A stretch of 64,000 nucleotides of DNA, taken from the IMG/VR virus record IMGVR_UViG_3300025718_000006, positions 1,916 to 65,915 of that record; one strand, 5' to 3'. Origin of the DNA: a virus (lineage: Duplodnaviria; Caudoviricetes). Position 1 is the stretch's first letter, and each line of letters starts with the position of its first letter. Both the position numbers and the translations under genes were made by a program. The notes under the pieces were generated by a model. The model searched no databases. It worked only from the letters and a program-made list of their open reading frames with translations, and had not been told where the DNA came from. Shown piece by piece: positions 53,879 to 62,482 of the stretch.

Positions 53879-54361
53879 ATGGAATTTGCAGAAGTCTGGA
53901 AGACTATACCTAATTCTAAATATCAAGTTAGTAATAAAGGAAGGGTATGTAGTCCACGTAAGATGTTAAAACCTTATTACGATAGATACGGATATTTGAA
54001 AGTTTGTATATTTAAAGACAACGGGAGAAGACAAGTAGAAAGCGTTCATAGATTAGTAGCATTATCGTTTGTACTTAATCCATTTAAAAAACCAGTAGTA
54101 AACCATTTGGATGAAATTAAAGATAACAATTATTATAATAATTTAGAATGGTGCACTGTTGGAGAAAATAATATTTATGGTAAAGAAAGAAAAAAAACAG
54201 AACAACCAGTTTTAAATATGACAACCGGCAAAGTATATTCGAGCATAAAAAAGGCATCTATTGATTGCAATATTAAAGTACCAAGTAATATTTGCAGAGT
54301 ATGCAGAGGTACCGGAACGTGTGGTGGATATATGTGGAGATACTACGATTTAGATATATAA
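53879..54361 (+). CDS. NUMOD4-HNH homing endonuclease
   Basis: EVWKTIP..KYQVSNKGRV, VHRLVA..F, VNH.DE.K.NN...NLEWCT...N, C-terminal NUMOD1-like segment. Confidence 0.88.
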   Translation: MEFAEVWKTIPNSKYQVSNKGRVCSPRKMLKPYYDRYGYLKVCIFKDNGRRQVESVHRLVALSFVLNPFKKPVVNHLDEIKDNNYYNNLEWCTVGENNIYGKERKKTEQPVLNMTTGKVYSSIKKASIDCNIKVPSNICRVCRGTGTCGGYMWRYYDLDI

Positions 54362-54419
54362 TAACCAACAATTAACGCTCACCTTTTAGGTGGGTATTTT
54401 GTTTTAAGAGGGCGTATTT

Positions 54420-54605
54420 ATGAAAATAGAAAAAGTTAAAACAATAGTTAAATATAATGTTGAAATTGATGAAGATGAATTGACTTGCATTTATGAATTA
54501 GCAAAAGCAAAAGTAAATACCGGGGAACCTTGCAGTAATGTTCTTTTAGATATTTACACCGAAATGGAATCTTTAAGAGAAGAGTTAGTGATACATAGAA
54601 GATAG
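54420..54605 (+). CDS. Hypothetical protein
   Basis: 61 aa. Confidence 0.5.
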   Translation: MKIEKVKTIVKYNVEIDEDELTCIYELAKAKVNTGEPCSNVLLDIYTEMESLREELVIHRR

Positions 54606-54657
54606 TTTTACATAATTAAACATTATAGCTTAATCGCTATGCACATATTATTTTATA

Positions 54658-56784
54658 ATGAAAGTGGGTGATATATTGTTTGAGAAACTGAAAGAAAAGG
54701 TTAAAGGTAAACAGGTAGAAGCAAAAGAGAAAAAAGAGATTGAAAATGTATTAATGGATTGGAAACAGAAATTAAGTGAAGCAATGACTTCGCATGAAGA
54801 GTTCAGAAATAATAGTAATGCTTGGGATACGCAATACAATGATCCAACAGATAAATACAGTACTGCTGCTTATATGTCTAATAAAAATAAGGCAATAGAT
54901 GAAGAAACAGAGAGCAATGTTAATATCACAATGCAACTTATAGAAGGTAGTATTGATATTACAGTTCCTAAACCAGCAGTTAGTGCAATAGAAGCAGCAG
55001 ATGGACAAGAAAATCGTAAAATGATTGAAGGTATTCTCACATACATGACAGAGGGAGCCGAACTTCAAAGGATTGTATCAGAAAATGAACGTATTACTAA
55101 GAAAAATGGTATGTCTGTTTTAAAAGTTTCATATAATCCTGATTTTGATGGTAGAACTTATAGAGGAAGATTAGAAGTAAGCAATCCGCATCCAGTAAAT
55201 TTTATTCCTCAACCAAATATAGCTAGAATATCTGATATGGATTATTGTTTTCAGATTGAGAATAAAACAATAGATCAAGTATGCCGGACATATGGTGAAG
55301 AGTTTAGAAAAGAATTAGAGCTTGAAGGTAATGAGTACGGATTTCTCGAAGATTTCGGAAGTGAAAATAACAATAGGACCGATAACATGGTTTCAATCAT
55401 TGAATGTTGGTATAAAGATAAGGACGATGAAGTTTGTCTATTAACTTGGGCAGACGATACAGTTATAAGAGATTTGCCTAAATTCTATTATCCTCGTGGA
55501 GAAGATGGAAAGATTGAGGAAATGGAGACGTTAGAAGTTGAAGCACAACAAAACGTACCTACTCAGATGCCGCCAGGTCAACAACAAAATGAATTAGGTA
55601 CTATTGCACCACCACAATCAAGTGAGGTTCAAGTAAAACGCAAGGTACCTGATAGATTTCCGTTTGTATTATGGTATAACATTCCAAAGGAAAAATCCAT
55701 TTATGGTATTAGTGATTGTCAAATAGTTAAACGTCAACAAGATAGTATTAAAAGGTTAGTTACTAAGGAAGAACGTAAACAGAATAAAGGTACAACAAAG
55801 ATAATTACTCGTAAAGGCTCTGGAATGATTGGCAAGATTAAAGATGCTGAGTCTCAAATAATTGAAACAGATGATCCAACTGGTGACGTTAAAGTAATTG
55901 ATATGAAAACTCCTTCAAATGGAATGTATGATTTATATTCATTACAATTACAAGCTGCCAAAGATGCGGTAGGAGTTACAGAAGCAAGCCAGGGCAGATT
56001 AGACAGTGCTAACATGAGTGGTAAAGCACTAGAAGCACTAACCGCTAATACTGCAGCTAGATTAAACATTAAAACAAATGAAAAATATATAGCATTTAGA
56101 GAGTTGTATTCACTATTCTATGAATTTCTCATTGCATATTATGACGATCAAGTTCCTTACAGAGTTGAAGGTGCGGCCGAGGTGGAGTATGGATATTTTG
56201 ACAAATCTTTATTATTAAAACAAGACATAACAGGCGAGTACTATTATCCCGACTTCGATATTTATATCAACGCAGATGCCGGAATGGCAAAGGATAAAAA
56301 CTTTATGATACAGGTTGCAGATAAGGCAATGGAGCAAGGCGCAGCGGATGCAATAGACTACTGGACCATAATGAATAGCATTAATATGCCGATGGCTAGT
56401 TTTATTTTAGAGAGAGCTAGAGAACGTGCAAAGATTGCAGAACAACAAGCTCAAATGGTTCAGCAACAACAACAAGATATTACAACTCAGAATCAGAATG
56501 ACATAGAAGGAAAAGCAGATGCAGTTATAAAAGAGAATGAAGGATTAAAGAAGCAATTAAGCAAAGGTCAAGCGGTCACAGGAGAACAACAAGTACCTCA
56601 GGAGCAATTACAACAAGAAGGTCAACAAGTTCCTACAATGAGTGCAGATGAAATGGCTGGTATCATTGCGCAGTTGGATCCGGAAGAACAGAAAGCGTTC
56701 TTCGACCTTGACGAGCAATCCCAACAACAAATGTTAATGGAAATGGAATCGGCACAAGAAGATGGAGGCCAAAACAATGGATAA
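54658..56784 (+). CDS. Portal protein (podovirus/P22-like) with Gln-rich C-terminal tail
   Basis: 708 aa after terL; helical; SNPHP..F, DAVGVTEASQG, SGKALEAL, Q/E-rich barrel-like tail. Confidence 0.82.
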   Translation: MKVGDILFEKLKEKVKGKQVEAKEKKEIENVLMDWKQKLSEAMTSHEEFRNNSNAWDTQYNDPTDKYSTAAYMSNKNKAIDEETESNVNITMQLIEGSIDITVPKPAVSAIEAADGQENRKMIEGILTYMTEGAELQRIVSENERITKKNGMSVLKVSYNPDFDGRTYRGRLEVSNPHPVNFIPQPNIARISDMDYCFQIENKTIDQVCRTYGEEFRKELELEGNEYGFLEDFGSENNNRTDNMVSIIECWYKDKDDEVCLLTWADDTVIRDLPKFYYPRGEDGKIEEMETLEVEAQQNVPTQMPPGQQQNELGTIAPPQSSEVQVKRKVPDRFPFVLWYNIPKEKSIYGISDCQIVKRQQDSIKRLVTKEERKQNKGTTKIITRKGSGMIGKIKDAESQIIETDDPTGDVKVIDMKTPSNGMYDLYSLQLQAAKDAVGVTEASQGRLDSANMSGKALEALTANTAARLNIKTNEKYIAFRELYSLFYEFLIAYYDDQVPYRVEGAAEVEYGYFDKSLLLKQDITGEYYYPDFDIYINADAGMAKDKNFMIQVADKAMEQGAADAIDYWTIMNSINMPMASFILERARERAKIAEQQAQMVQQQQQDITTQNQNDIEGKADAVIKENEGLKKQLSKGQAVTGEQQVPQEQLQQEGQQVPTMSADEMAGIIAQLDPEEQKAFFDLDEQSQQQMLMEMESAQEDGGQNNG

Positions 56785-56908
56785 AAACCAATTTACACAA
56801 ATGCTTAATGATATAAAAGATAAAAAGAAAGTGGCTGTAAAGAAAGCTCCTGTTAAAAAGGCAGCTAAAAAGGTTGTTAAGAAAGCAGTTAAGAAGGTGA
56901 AAAAGTAA
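56777..56908 (+). CDS. Histone H1-like Lys/Ala/Val-rich peptide (43 aa)
   Basis: MDKNQFTQMLNDIKDKKKVAVKKAPVKKAAKKVVKKAVKKVKK; overlaps the portal stop and the next start. Confidence 0.7.
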   Translation: MDKNQFTQMLNDIKDKKKVAVKKAPVKKAAKKVVKKAVKKVKK

Positions 56909-57258
56909 TGGAAAGTGACAGGAAAGTCAATCCTCAGTTAGAAAACAATTTTAAATATCATACTCCCAAAGCAGATCAACCAGAAAAATATAATAAGATT
57001 AGAGAAAAAGCTAAAGAGTTGGCGTATTTAATTGACTGTGTGTGTCCTAACGGCAGAGAAAAGTCCTTAGCTATGACTAAATTGGAGGAAGCTTCAATGT
57101 GGGCAAACACAAGTATAGCAAGAGACACAAGTAAATTACCCAATACTGTACCTGAAAAATGTAAAGCAGTGTATGGTCAAGATTTAGATAGTTGCTCTAC
57201 ACAAGAAAATGAAGGTTGTATGAGATGCTCTATATATAAAGGGGAGGTAGAAGTTTAA
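56908..57258 (+). CDS. Acb2/Tad1-like helical-hairpin protein (candidate immune-signal sponge)
   Basis: NNFKYH.P...Y..IR...KELA......P..REKSLAMTKLEEASMWAN..IAR. Confidence 0.62.
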   Translation: MESDRKVNPQLENNFKYHTPKADQPEKYNKIREKAKELAYLIDCVCPNGREKSLAMTKLEEASMWANTSIARDTSKLPNTVPEKCKAVYGQDLDSCSTQENEGCMRCSIYKGEVEV

Positions 57259-57533
57259 TGAATAAGTTAGAAAAGTTAGAAAGATGTTTTGATACCGCAA
57301 TAGAAACTAATCAAAAATTTATAGGCATTTTGATTGAAACTAAAGGTTCGCCTAAAGCAGAATTGATTATAAACGAACGTGAAAACTTTGAAATAAAATT
57401 AGCTTATTATAAAAAGGTTTATGATGAAAACTTAGTTCTTAAAACTTTTAATGGTATTAAGATAATTGGTTATGCAATGGGTGATGATATTAACAACATG
57501 TATGATTACTTAAAACAGGTATCAATTAATTGA
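57258..57533 (+). CDS. Conserved Firmicute-phage small protein
   Basis: ELIIN..ENF..KLAYYKK.YDENL.LK.FNGIKI. Confidence 0.65.
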   Translation: MNKLEKLERCFDTAIETNQKFIGILIETKGSPKAELIINERENFEIKLAYYKKVYDENLVLKTFNGIKIIGYAMGDDINNMYDYLKQVSIN

Positions 57534-57817
57534 ATATACCTACTACTGTAAAAATAGGTGGTCATATTATTGATGTTGTATTTACTAACAATTGTGATGA
57601 AATCAGTTTTGATGAAATTGGAAAAACTATATTAGCTAAAAACATAATTAGAATAAATACTAACTACCCTAAGAGCAGACAAGAAGAATGTTTGTTACAT
57701 GAGTTAGTACATAACTGCTTATATGATTTACACGAAGAACAAGATGAAGCTATGGTCGAAAGATTAGGTACTATGTTTTATGCGATCATAAAAGATAATC
57801 CGAATATATTTAAATAA
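57530..57817 (+). CDS. Small HExxH metalloprotein
   Basis: LLHELVH...E..V.RL. Confidence 0.65.
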   Translation: MNIPTTVKIGGHIIDVVFTNNCDEISFDEIGKTILAKNIIRINTNYPKSRQEECLLHELVHNCLYDLHEEQDEAMVERLGTMFYAIIKDNPNIFK

Positions 57818-57818
57818 A

Positions 57819-58085
57819 TTGGAGGTATTAATTATGAAATTGAATGAAACCGTAAAAATGATGGATAGCACAGAATACAAAGAAAGATTCAGAGCTGAAT
57901 ATTTTCAATTAAAGATAAGAATGACCGGGTTGGGTTCGATGCTTAAAAAATACAAAGCAGAAACTTTGCCGTTTAAACCTTCTTGTAGTTATGATTTATT
58001 AAACGGTCAATTTAAAGCCATGGATTTATATGCTTCATATCTTGAAGAACGTGCCAAAATTGAGAATATAGATTTAGATATTTAA
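57819..58085 (+). CDS. Conserved phage helical-hairpin protein (crAss001_48-like)
   Basis: YKERF.AEY.QL.IR...L...Q..AM..Y...LE.RA..E.I.L; family assignment from memory. Confidence 0.55.
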   Translation: MEVLIMKLNETVKMMDSTEYKERFRAEYFQLKIRMTGLGSMLKKYKAETLPFKPSCSYDLLNGQFKAMDLYASYLEERAKIENIDLDI

Positions 58086-58239
58086 CCATACGTAGGTGGG
58101 GTATAAGTTGAAAGCATTTCCCTATTAAGTAAACAATTAATGCACAATATAAAAAGGATAGTCAAGAATACTCTTTATATTGATATTACGGTTTTACCTA
58201 TAATGATTTAAAACAGTGGTAATATTGTTATTTATAACA

Positions 58240-58361
58240 TATAATACTAATATAGGATAGGTTGAGATTAATTACCTCAATTGATAAAGGAACGTCAGAC
58301 ACTCCTTTCCTTTTAAATTTTAAAATTAAATATGTCTGAAACTCTAATCTAAGTCTGGAGG
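58240..58361 (+). ncRNA. Candidate structured leader RNA of the HNH gene
   Basis: TATAAT at 58240; hairpins TTGAG/CTCAA and AAAGGA/TCCTTT; loop TCAGACA (58295-58301) is complementary to TGTCTGA (58333-58339). Confidence 0.5.
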
Positions 58362-58370
58362 TTATTTGTT

Positions 58371-59279
58371 ATGCCTAAATCAATACCACATACATTTATA
58401 GAAGGCGTAGAATATAAAAAATGTACTGAATGTTTGAAATTAAAAGAACTAGATTATTTTACCAAAGCTAGTAGAGCAATTGATGGATTATATTATCAAT
58501 GCAAAGAGTGCAACTCTAAAATTAGAAAAGCAAAACAAGCCAAAGAAATAAAAAAGCCTTACTTATCCAAAGATAAACACATTATTGTTGATGGTATAGA
58601 GTGCAAAGTATGTTCAAAGTGTAAAAGAATTTTACCTACCAGCAACAGATATTTTAATAAAAATGGTCTTGTTTCTGATAAATTGAGGGCAGAATGTAGA
58701 GAGTGCGCCGGTAGAAAGTTTATAACTATTAAAGCTGGCTATAAATTATGCACTAGATGTAATAGAGAACTTCCGATGACCATTAAATATTTTAGGGAAG
58801 TATCACCCAGGAATAACCAATTTAGTTCACCTTGCAGAGGATGTTTAACCGTAGGCTCAAAGAAATATAGAAATAATAATATCGATAAGTGCAAAGAATT
58901 AGAAAAGGCATGGGCTATAAAAAATCACGCTAAAGTTAGTGTTTATAGAAACCGTAGACGTAGCCTAAGGAGAAATGCCATTGCTACCTTAACATGTGAA
59001 GAGTGGAAAGAATGCTTAATTTATTTTGGGAACAAAGATGCTTACACAGGCCTGGCACTATCGTGTTCAACTCAGGACCATGTAATTCCTTTAATAAAAG
59101 GTGGTTATTTTAGTAAACACAATATAGTTCCTTGTGAAATGTCTGTTAATTCTAGTAAAAATAAATCTGATATGGAAACATGGTACCGCAAGCAAACTTA
59201 CTTTTCAGAAAAACGATTAAAAAAAATATATAAGTGGATTGGCTATAAAGATGGTATACAACAATTAGGCTTATTTTAA
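58371..59279 (+). CDS. HNH endonuclease with multiple CxxC Zn-finger repeats
   Basis: CTEC/CKEC/CSKC/CREC/CTRC/CRGC; QDHVIP..KGG....NIVP...VNSSK; ends QQLGLF. Confidence 0.85.
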   Translation: MPKSIPHTFIEGVEYKKCTECLKLKELDYFTKASRAIDGLYYQCKECNSKIRKAKQAKEIKKPYLSKDKHIIVDGIECKVCSKCKRILPTSNRYFNKNGLVSDKLRAECRECAGRKFITIKAGYKLCTRCNRELPMTIKYFREVSPRNNQFSSPCRGCLTVGSKKYRNNNIDKCKELEKAWAIKNHAKVSVYRNRRRSLRRNAIATLTCEEWKECLIYFGNKDAYTGLALSCSTQDHVIPLIKGGYFSKHNIVPCEMSVNSSKNKSDMETWYRKQTYFSEKRLKKIYKWIGYKDGIQQLGLF

Positions 59280-59331
59280 CACTCATTTATGGGTGTTTTC
59301 TTTATATAGTGATATTAAAGGAGGTGATAAT

Positions 59332-59472
59332 ATGAGTACAAAACCAGGTGTAGGCAATCAAATGCCAGTATCTACGAAATCTGTTTCTGGCAAAGCAACA
59401 GGTCAAGCAGCAGAAACCTCAGTATGGATTACTGGCAATGATTTAAGAAGTGGTAAAGGCGGTAAGAAATAG
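59332..59472 (+). CDS. Small Gly/Ser/Lys-rich probable virion protein (46 aa)
   Basis: AGGAGGTG RBS; ends TGNDLRSGKGGKK. Confidence 0.55.
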   Translation: MSTKPGVGNQMPVSTKSVSGKATGQAAETSVWITGNDLRSGKGGKK

Positions 59473-59631
59473 AATTTACTTAATTGTAAGTTCTTTTTTA
59501 ATGTCCAAATTTAACTACTTTTCGTTTTAACTTAATTAGAATTTAATTAAATTTAACTGACACGTAGCAAAGACTATGTTCAATTGCAATAATACATTCC
59601 CACCTTAATGGGTAAAAATTAGGAGGATTAT

Positions 59632-60621
59632 ATGACTACTCAAAATATAGTACCAAAACTAGTAATGAATTTACAACTATTTGCTGAAAAAGGTGATAAG
59701 GCAGAATCCACCGAACTGCAAAGTGATACGAGCGAATTTGTTTATGATGAAAATTTCTTCACTGGCGGTAAGGATGATGAAACACCGGATTGGCTAAAGG
59801 ATGATGAAGAAGTTAAGGACACAGAAGTTAAGGAAGAAACTGAGGAAACCGAAGAAGCTGACGTAGTGGATGAAGTTGACAAAGAAGAAACTCTTGACGA
59901 TAAGCAAAGTGATAAAACAAATGCTAAATTCGCCGATATGCGAAGAAAGCAGAAAGTTTTTGAAGCTAAACAAAAAGAATTTGAAGCAAAAGAGAAAAAA
60001 TATAATAAGTGGGCAAAGGATAATTTCAATCTTGATAGTTTTGAATCTTATCTAACTACAATGGATGGCCAGATCAGTGAAAATAAGATCAAAGAGCTTG
60101 AAGAAAAAGGGTATGATGTTAAAGCTATTCAAGAAGCAGTTAAACTTGATCCTACTTACCAGAGCATGAAAGATATGTTAGAAGCTGCTAAAACATCAGA
60201 AGTAAATGAAGATGTAGAGGAAAGTGCTGAGACTAAAGAAAAGCCTATTGATGAAGTTAGATTAAATGCTGAGTATAATGCTTTGCAAAGTAAACTACCT
60301 CAATTTGTGACTAAGCCAGAAGACATTTCAAACGATGTTTGGGACCTTTACGATAAAGGTGTTAATTTAACTACTGCTTATAAGGTAATTAACGAAGAAA
60401 AGATTTCCAAAGAATCTACTAAAAAAACAAAAGAAATAGCCAGGCAAGAAACTTTAAACAAACTTGGCTCTAAGTCTCATTTAAAAACAGAAAAAGAAAG
60501 CAACTCTAATTCTGCTAATGATGTATTTATAGACAAAGATACAATGTCTGTTTATAAATCAATGGGGATTACTGAAAAGCAAGCTATAAAATTTGAAAGA
60601 CAATTAAAAGGAGGAAAATAA
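59632..60621 (+). CDS. Capsid scaffolding protein
   Basis: NLQLFAE N-terminus, very acidic, coiled coil, located before the capsid genes. Confidence 0.8.
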   Translation: MTTQNIVPKLVMNLQLFAEKGDKAESTELQSDTSEFVYDENFFTGGKDDETPDWLKDDEEVKDTEVKEETEETEEADVVDEVDKEETLDDKQSDKTNAKFADMRRKQKVFEAKQKEFEAKEKKYNKWAKDNFNLDSFESYLTTMDGQISENKIKELEEKGYDVKAIQEAVKLDPTYQSMKDMLEAAKTSEVNEDVEESAETKEKPIDEVRLNAEYNALQSKLPQFVTKPEDISNDVWDLYDKGVNLTTAYKVINEEKISKESTKKTKEIARQETLNKLGSKSHLKTEKESNSNSANDVFIDKDTMSVYKSMGITEKQAIKFERQLKGGK

Positions 60622-61008
60622 ATGTTTGATTTTCATAGTGCGATATACAATCCAAATATGTTAACAGAGAGTGGAATATTAATGAAGGATGCAGAAGCTG
60701 GGGTGTCCGGTGAATTAGTCATGGTGGTTGCTGGTAGGCTTACAAAAGCTACACCACTTGTAACACCTTATGCAATCCTAAATGCCGATACGGTGGCTGG
60801 CACTAATGTAGTAACCGAGTATCTAAAGGTTAGAAAAGACAATAGATATAAATGCGATGTTACAGGCACAGGAACACCTACAATTGGTGTGCAAACTGCT
60901 GCAATATCCGCAGATGGATTAAGTGTTGATGCTGCAAATCTAACTACCGGAAAGATTGAGATAGTTGGGTATGATGCAGTTAATAAAAAAGCAATAGTAA
61001 CGTTTTAA
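60622..61008 (+). CDS. Capsid decoration/cement-like protein
   Basis: 128 aa, beta-rich, G.LV...G.LTKA pattern, between scaffold and MCP. Confidence 0.6.
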   Translation: MFDFHSAIYNPNMLTESGILMKDAEAGVSGELVMVVAGRLTKATPLVTPYAILNADTVAGTNVVTEYLKVRKDNRYKCDVTGTGTPTIGVQTAAISADGLSVDAANLTTGKIEIVGYDAVNKKAIVTF

Positions 61009-61064
61009 TTTAGAAGTTCTGCTGATGTAGGACTTTTTTTAATGCACAAAAATAAAAACTAGGA

Positions 61065-62018
61065 GTGATAAAATTGATAATTAAAGCTACCGCGGGAAAA
61101 ATAGATTTAGCTATTGGCAGATTTGAAGGACCTTTAATGGCCTATATGATTAAGGAGGAAGCAGATTTTGCGGCTGACTCATTACTTAAAGAATTTTACA
61201 CGGTTCAAAACTCTAAACATTATTCAGAATCCATCGGAGGAATGACCGGTATCGGTGAATTTGAAATGACAGATGCAGAGGTGCCATTTGAAGGTATGGA
61301 AGAAGGATATACTAAAACTTTCGTACCAGAGGTATTTAAGAAAGGTATTTCCATTAAAAGGGAAACAATAGACGATTCACAATTAATTGATATGAAAAAT
61401 CAAGCTGCTAATCTTATGGATAGTGCTAACAGAACAAAAGAAAAATTTGTTCATTTACCTTTTAACTTCTGTACTGCTGATTCTTACAAAACTGTTAATG
61501 GTAAAGAATATTCATTACTTGGAGCTGATGGTAAATGTCTAGTATCTGCTACACATCCTTCAAAGACTAAGAAAGGTAAAGTACAAAGTAATTCTACAGT
61601 ATTTGCACTTACACCTGAAAATCTTACTTTAGTTGAAAATATGTTCAAGAACTTTGTAACTGATAGTGGTATTAAAGGTAATTTCAAAATGGATACACTT
61701 GTTATTCCTTTCGAGTTAAGAGACATTGCTTGGGAAATTCTTGGAACACCTAATGGACTTGGAACACCTAATGGCAACGTAAATGCTAAATTCTCTAAGT
61801 ATAAATTAATAATTTCTGATTACTTGGATGATGCTAAAGGCTGGTATGGTGTGGATTCTCGTAGCATGAAGAAAAATCTTTTCTGGATAGATAGAACAGA
61901 ATTAGAAACTAAGTCATGGGTAGACCTAAATACTGACAATTGGATGATTAGAGGATATATGAGGTTTAGCAATGGTTTCAATGATTGGAGATGGATCATA
62001 GGTAATAAACCAGTTTAA
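61065..62018 (+). CDS. Major capsid protein (Mu gpT-like HK97 fold)
   Basis: FKKGISI.RETIDD, LL..DG..L.SA.HP, LVIP..L...A.EI, W....R.....W...RG..RFS.GF.DWRWI.G; the start may be TTG 61074. Confidence 0.85.
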   Translation: MIKLIIKATAGKIDLAIGRFEGPLMAYMIKEEADFAADSLLKEFYTVQNSKHYSESIGGMTGIGEFEMTDAEVPFEGMEEGYTKTFVPEVFKKGISIKRETIDDSQLIDMKNQAANLMDSANRTKEKFVHLPFNFCTADSYKTVNGKEYSLLGADGKCLVSATHPSKTKKGKVQSNSTVFALTPENLTLVENMFKNFVTDSGIKGNFKMDTLVIPFELRDIAWEILGTPNGLGTPNGNVNAKFSKYKLIISDYLDDAKGWYGVDSRSMKKNLFWIDRTELETKSWVDLNTDNWMIRGYMRFSNGFNDWRWIIGNKPV

Positions 62019-62023
62019 TTAAT

Positions 62024-62055
62024 AGGGAGGGCGATTGCTCTTCCTTTATTTTTTT
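62024..62055 (+). terminator. Capsid operon terminator
   Basis: AGGGAGGGC/GCTCTTCCT plus T-run. Confidence 0.7.
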
Positions 62056-62097
62056 AATATTTTTCTAAATGTTATATAAAAGAATGGAGGATTTAAT

Positions 62098-62343
62098 ATG
62101 ATTAAAACAGGTATTATTTCAGCAACAATAACCGAGAGTGCGACTGCTATAGATAGTGATCTTTCTTCAACTTTAATAATTACGTCTGATACTGATTGTA
62201 TGATAAGTATTAACGACAATTTACATTATCAATTATATAAATCTGGTGAAATGCTTCCATTGCAAGACCGTAAAGGAACGTTTGATAATTTATATTGTAA
62301 ATCGGTTAGTGGTACTTCGATAGTGCGATATTGGTTAATGTAA
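62098..62343 (+). CDS. Small beta-rich structural protein
   Basis: 81 aa; GGAGG RBS. Confidence 0.55.
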   Translation: MIKTGIISATITESATAIDSDLSSTLIITSDTDCMISINDNLHYQLYKSGEMLPLQDRKGTFDNLYCKSVSGTSIVRYWLM

Positions 62344-62482
62344 TGAAAAAGATTATGGATATTAAATTAATGAGTTTAATATTAAAAAATAATAAAAATA
62401 GTAATGTAGTAGTAGGTCCAAAGACTATTAGAATAGGTAGTCAAAAAATTGGTACTTTCTTAATAGGAGGGGTGGTTGAATA

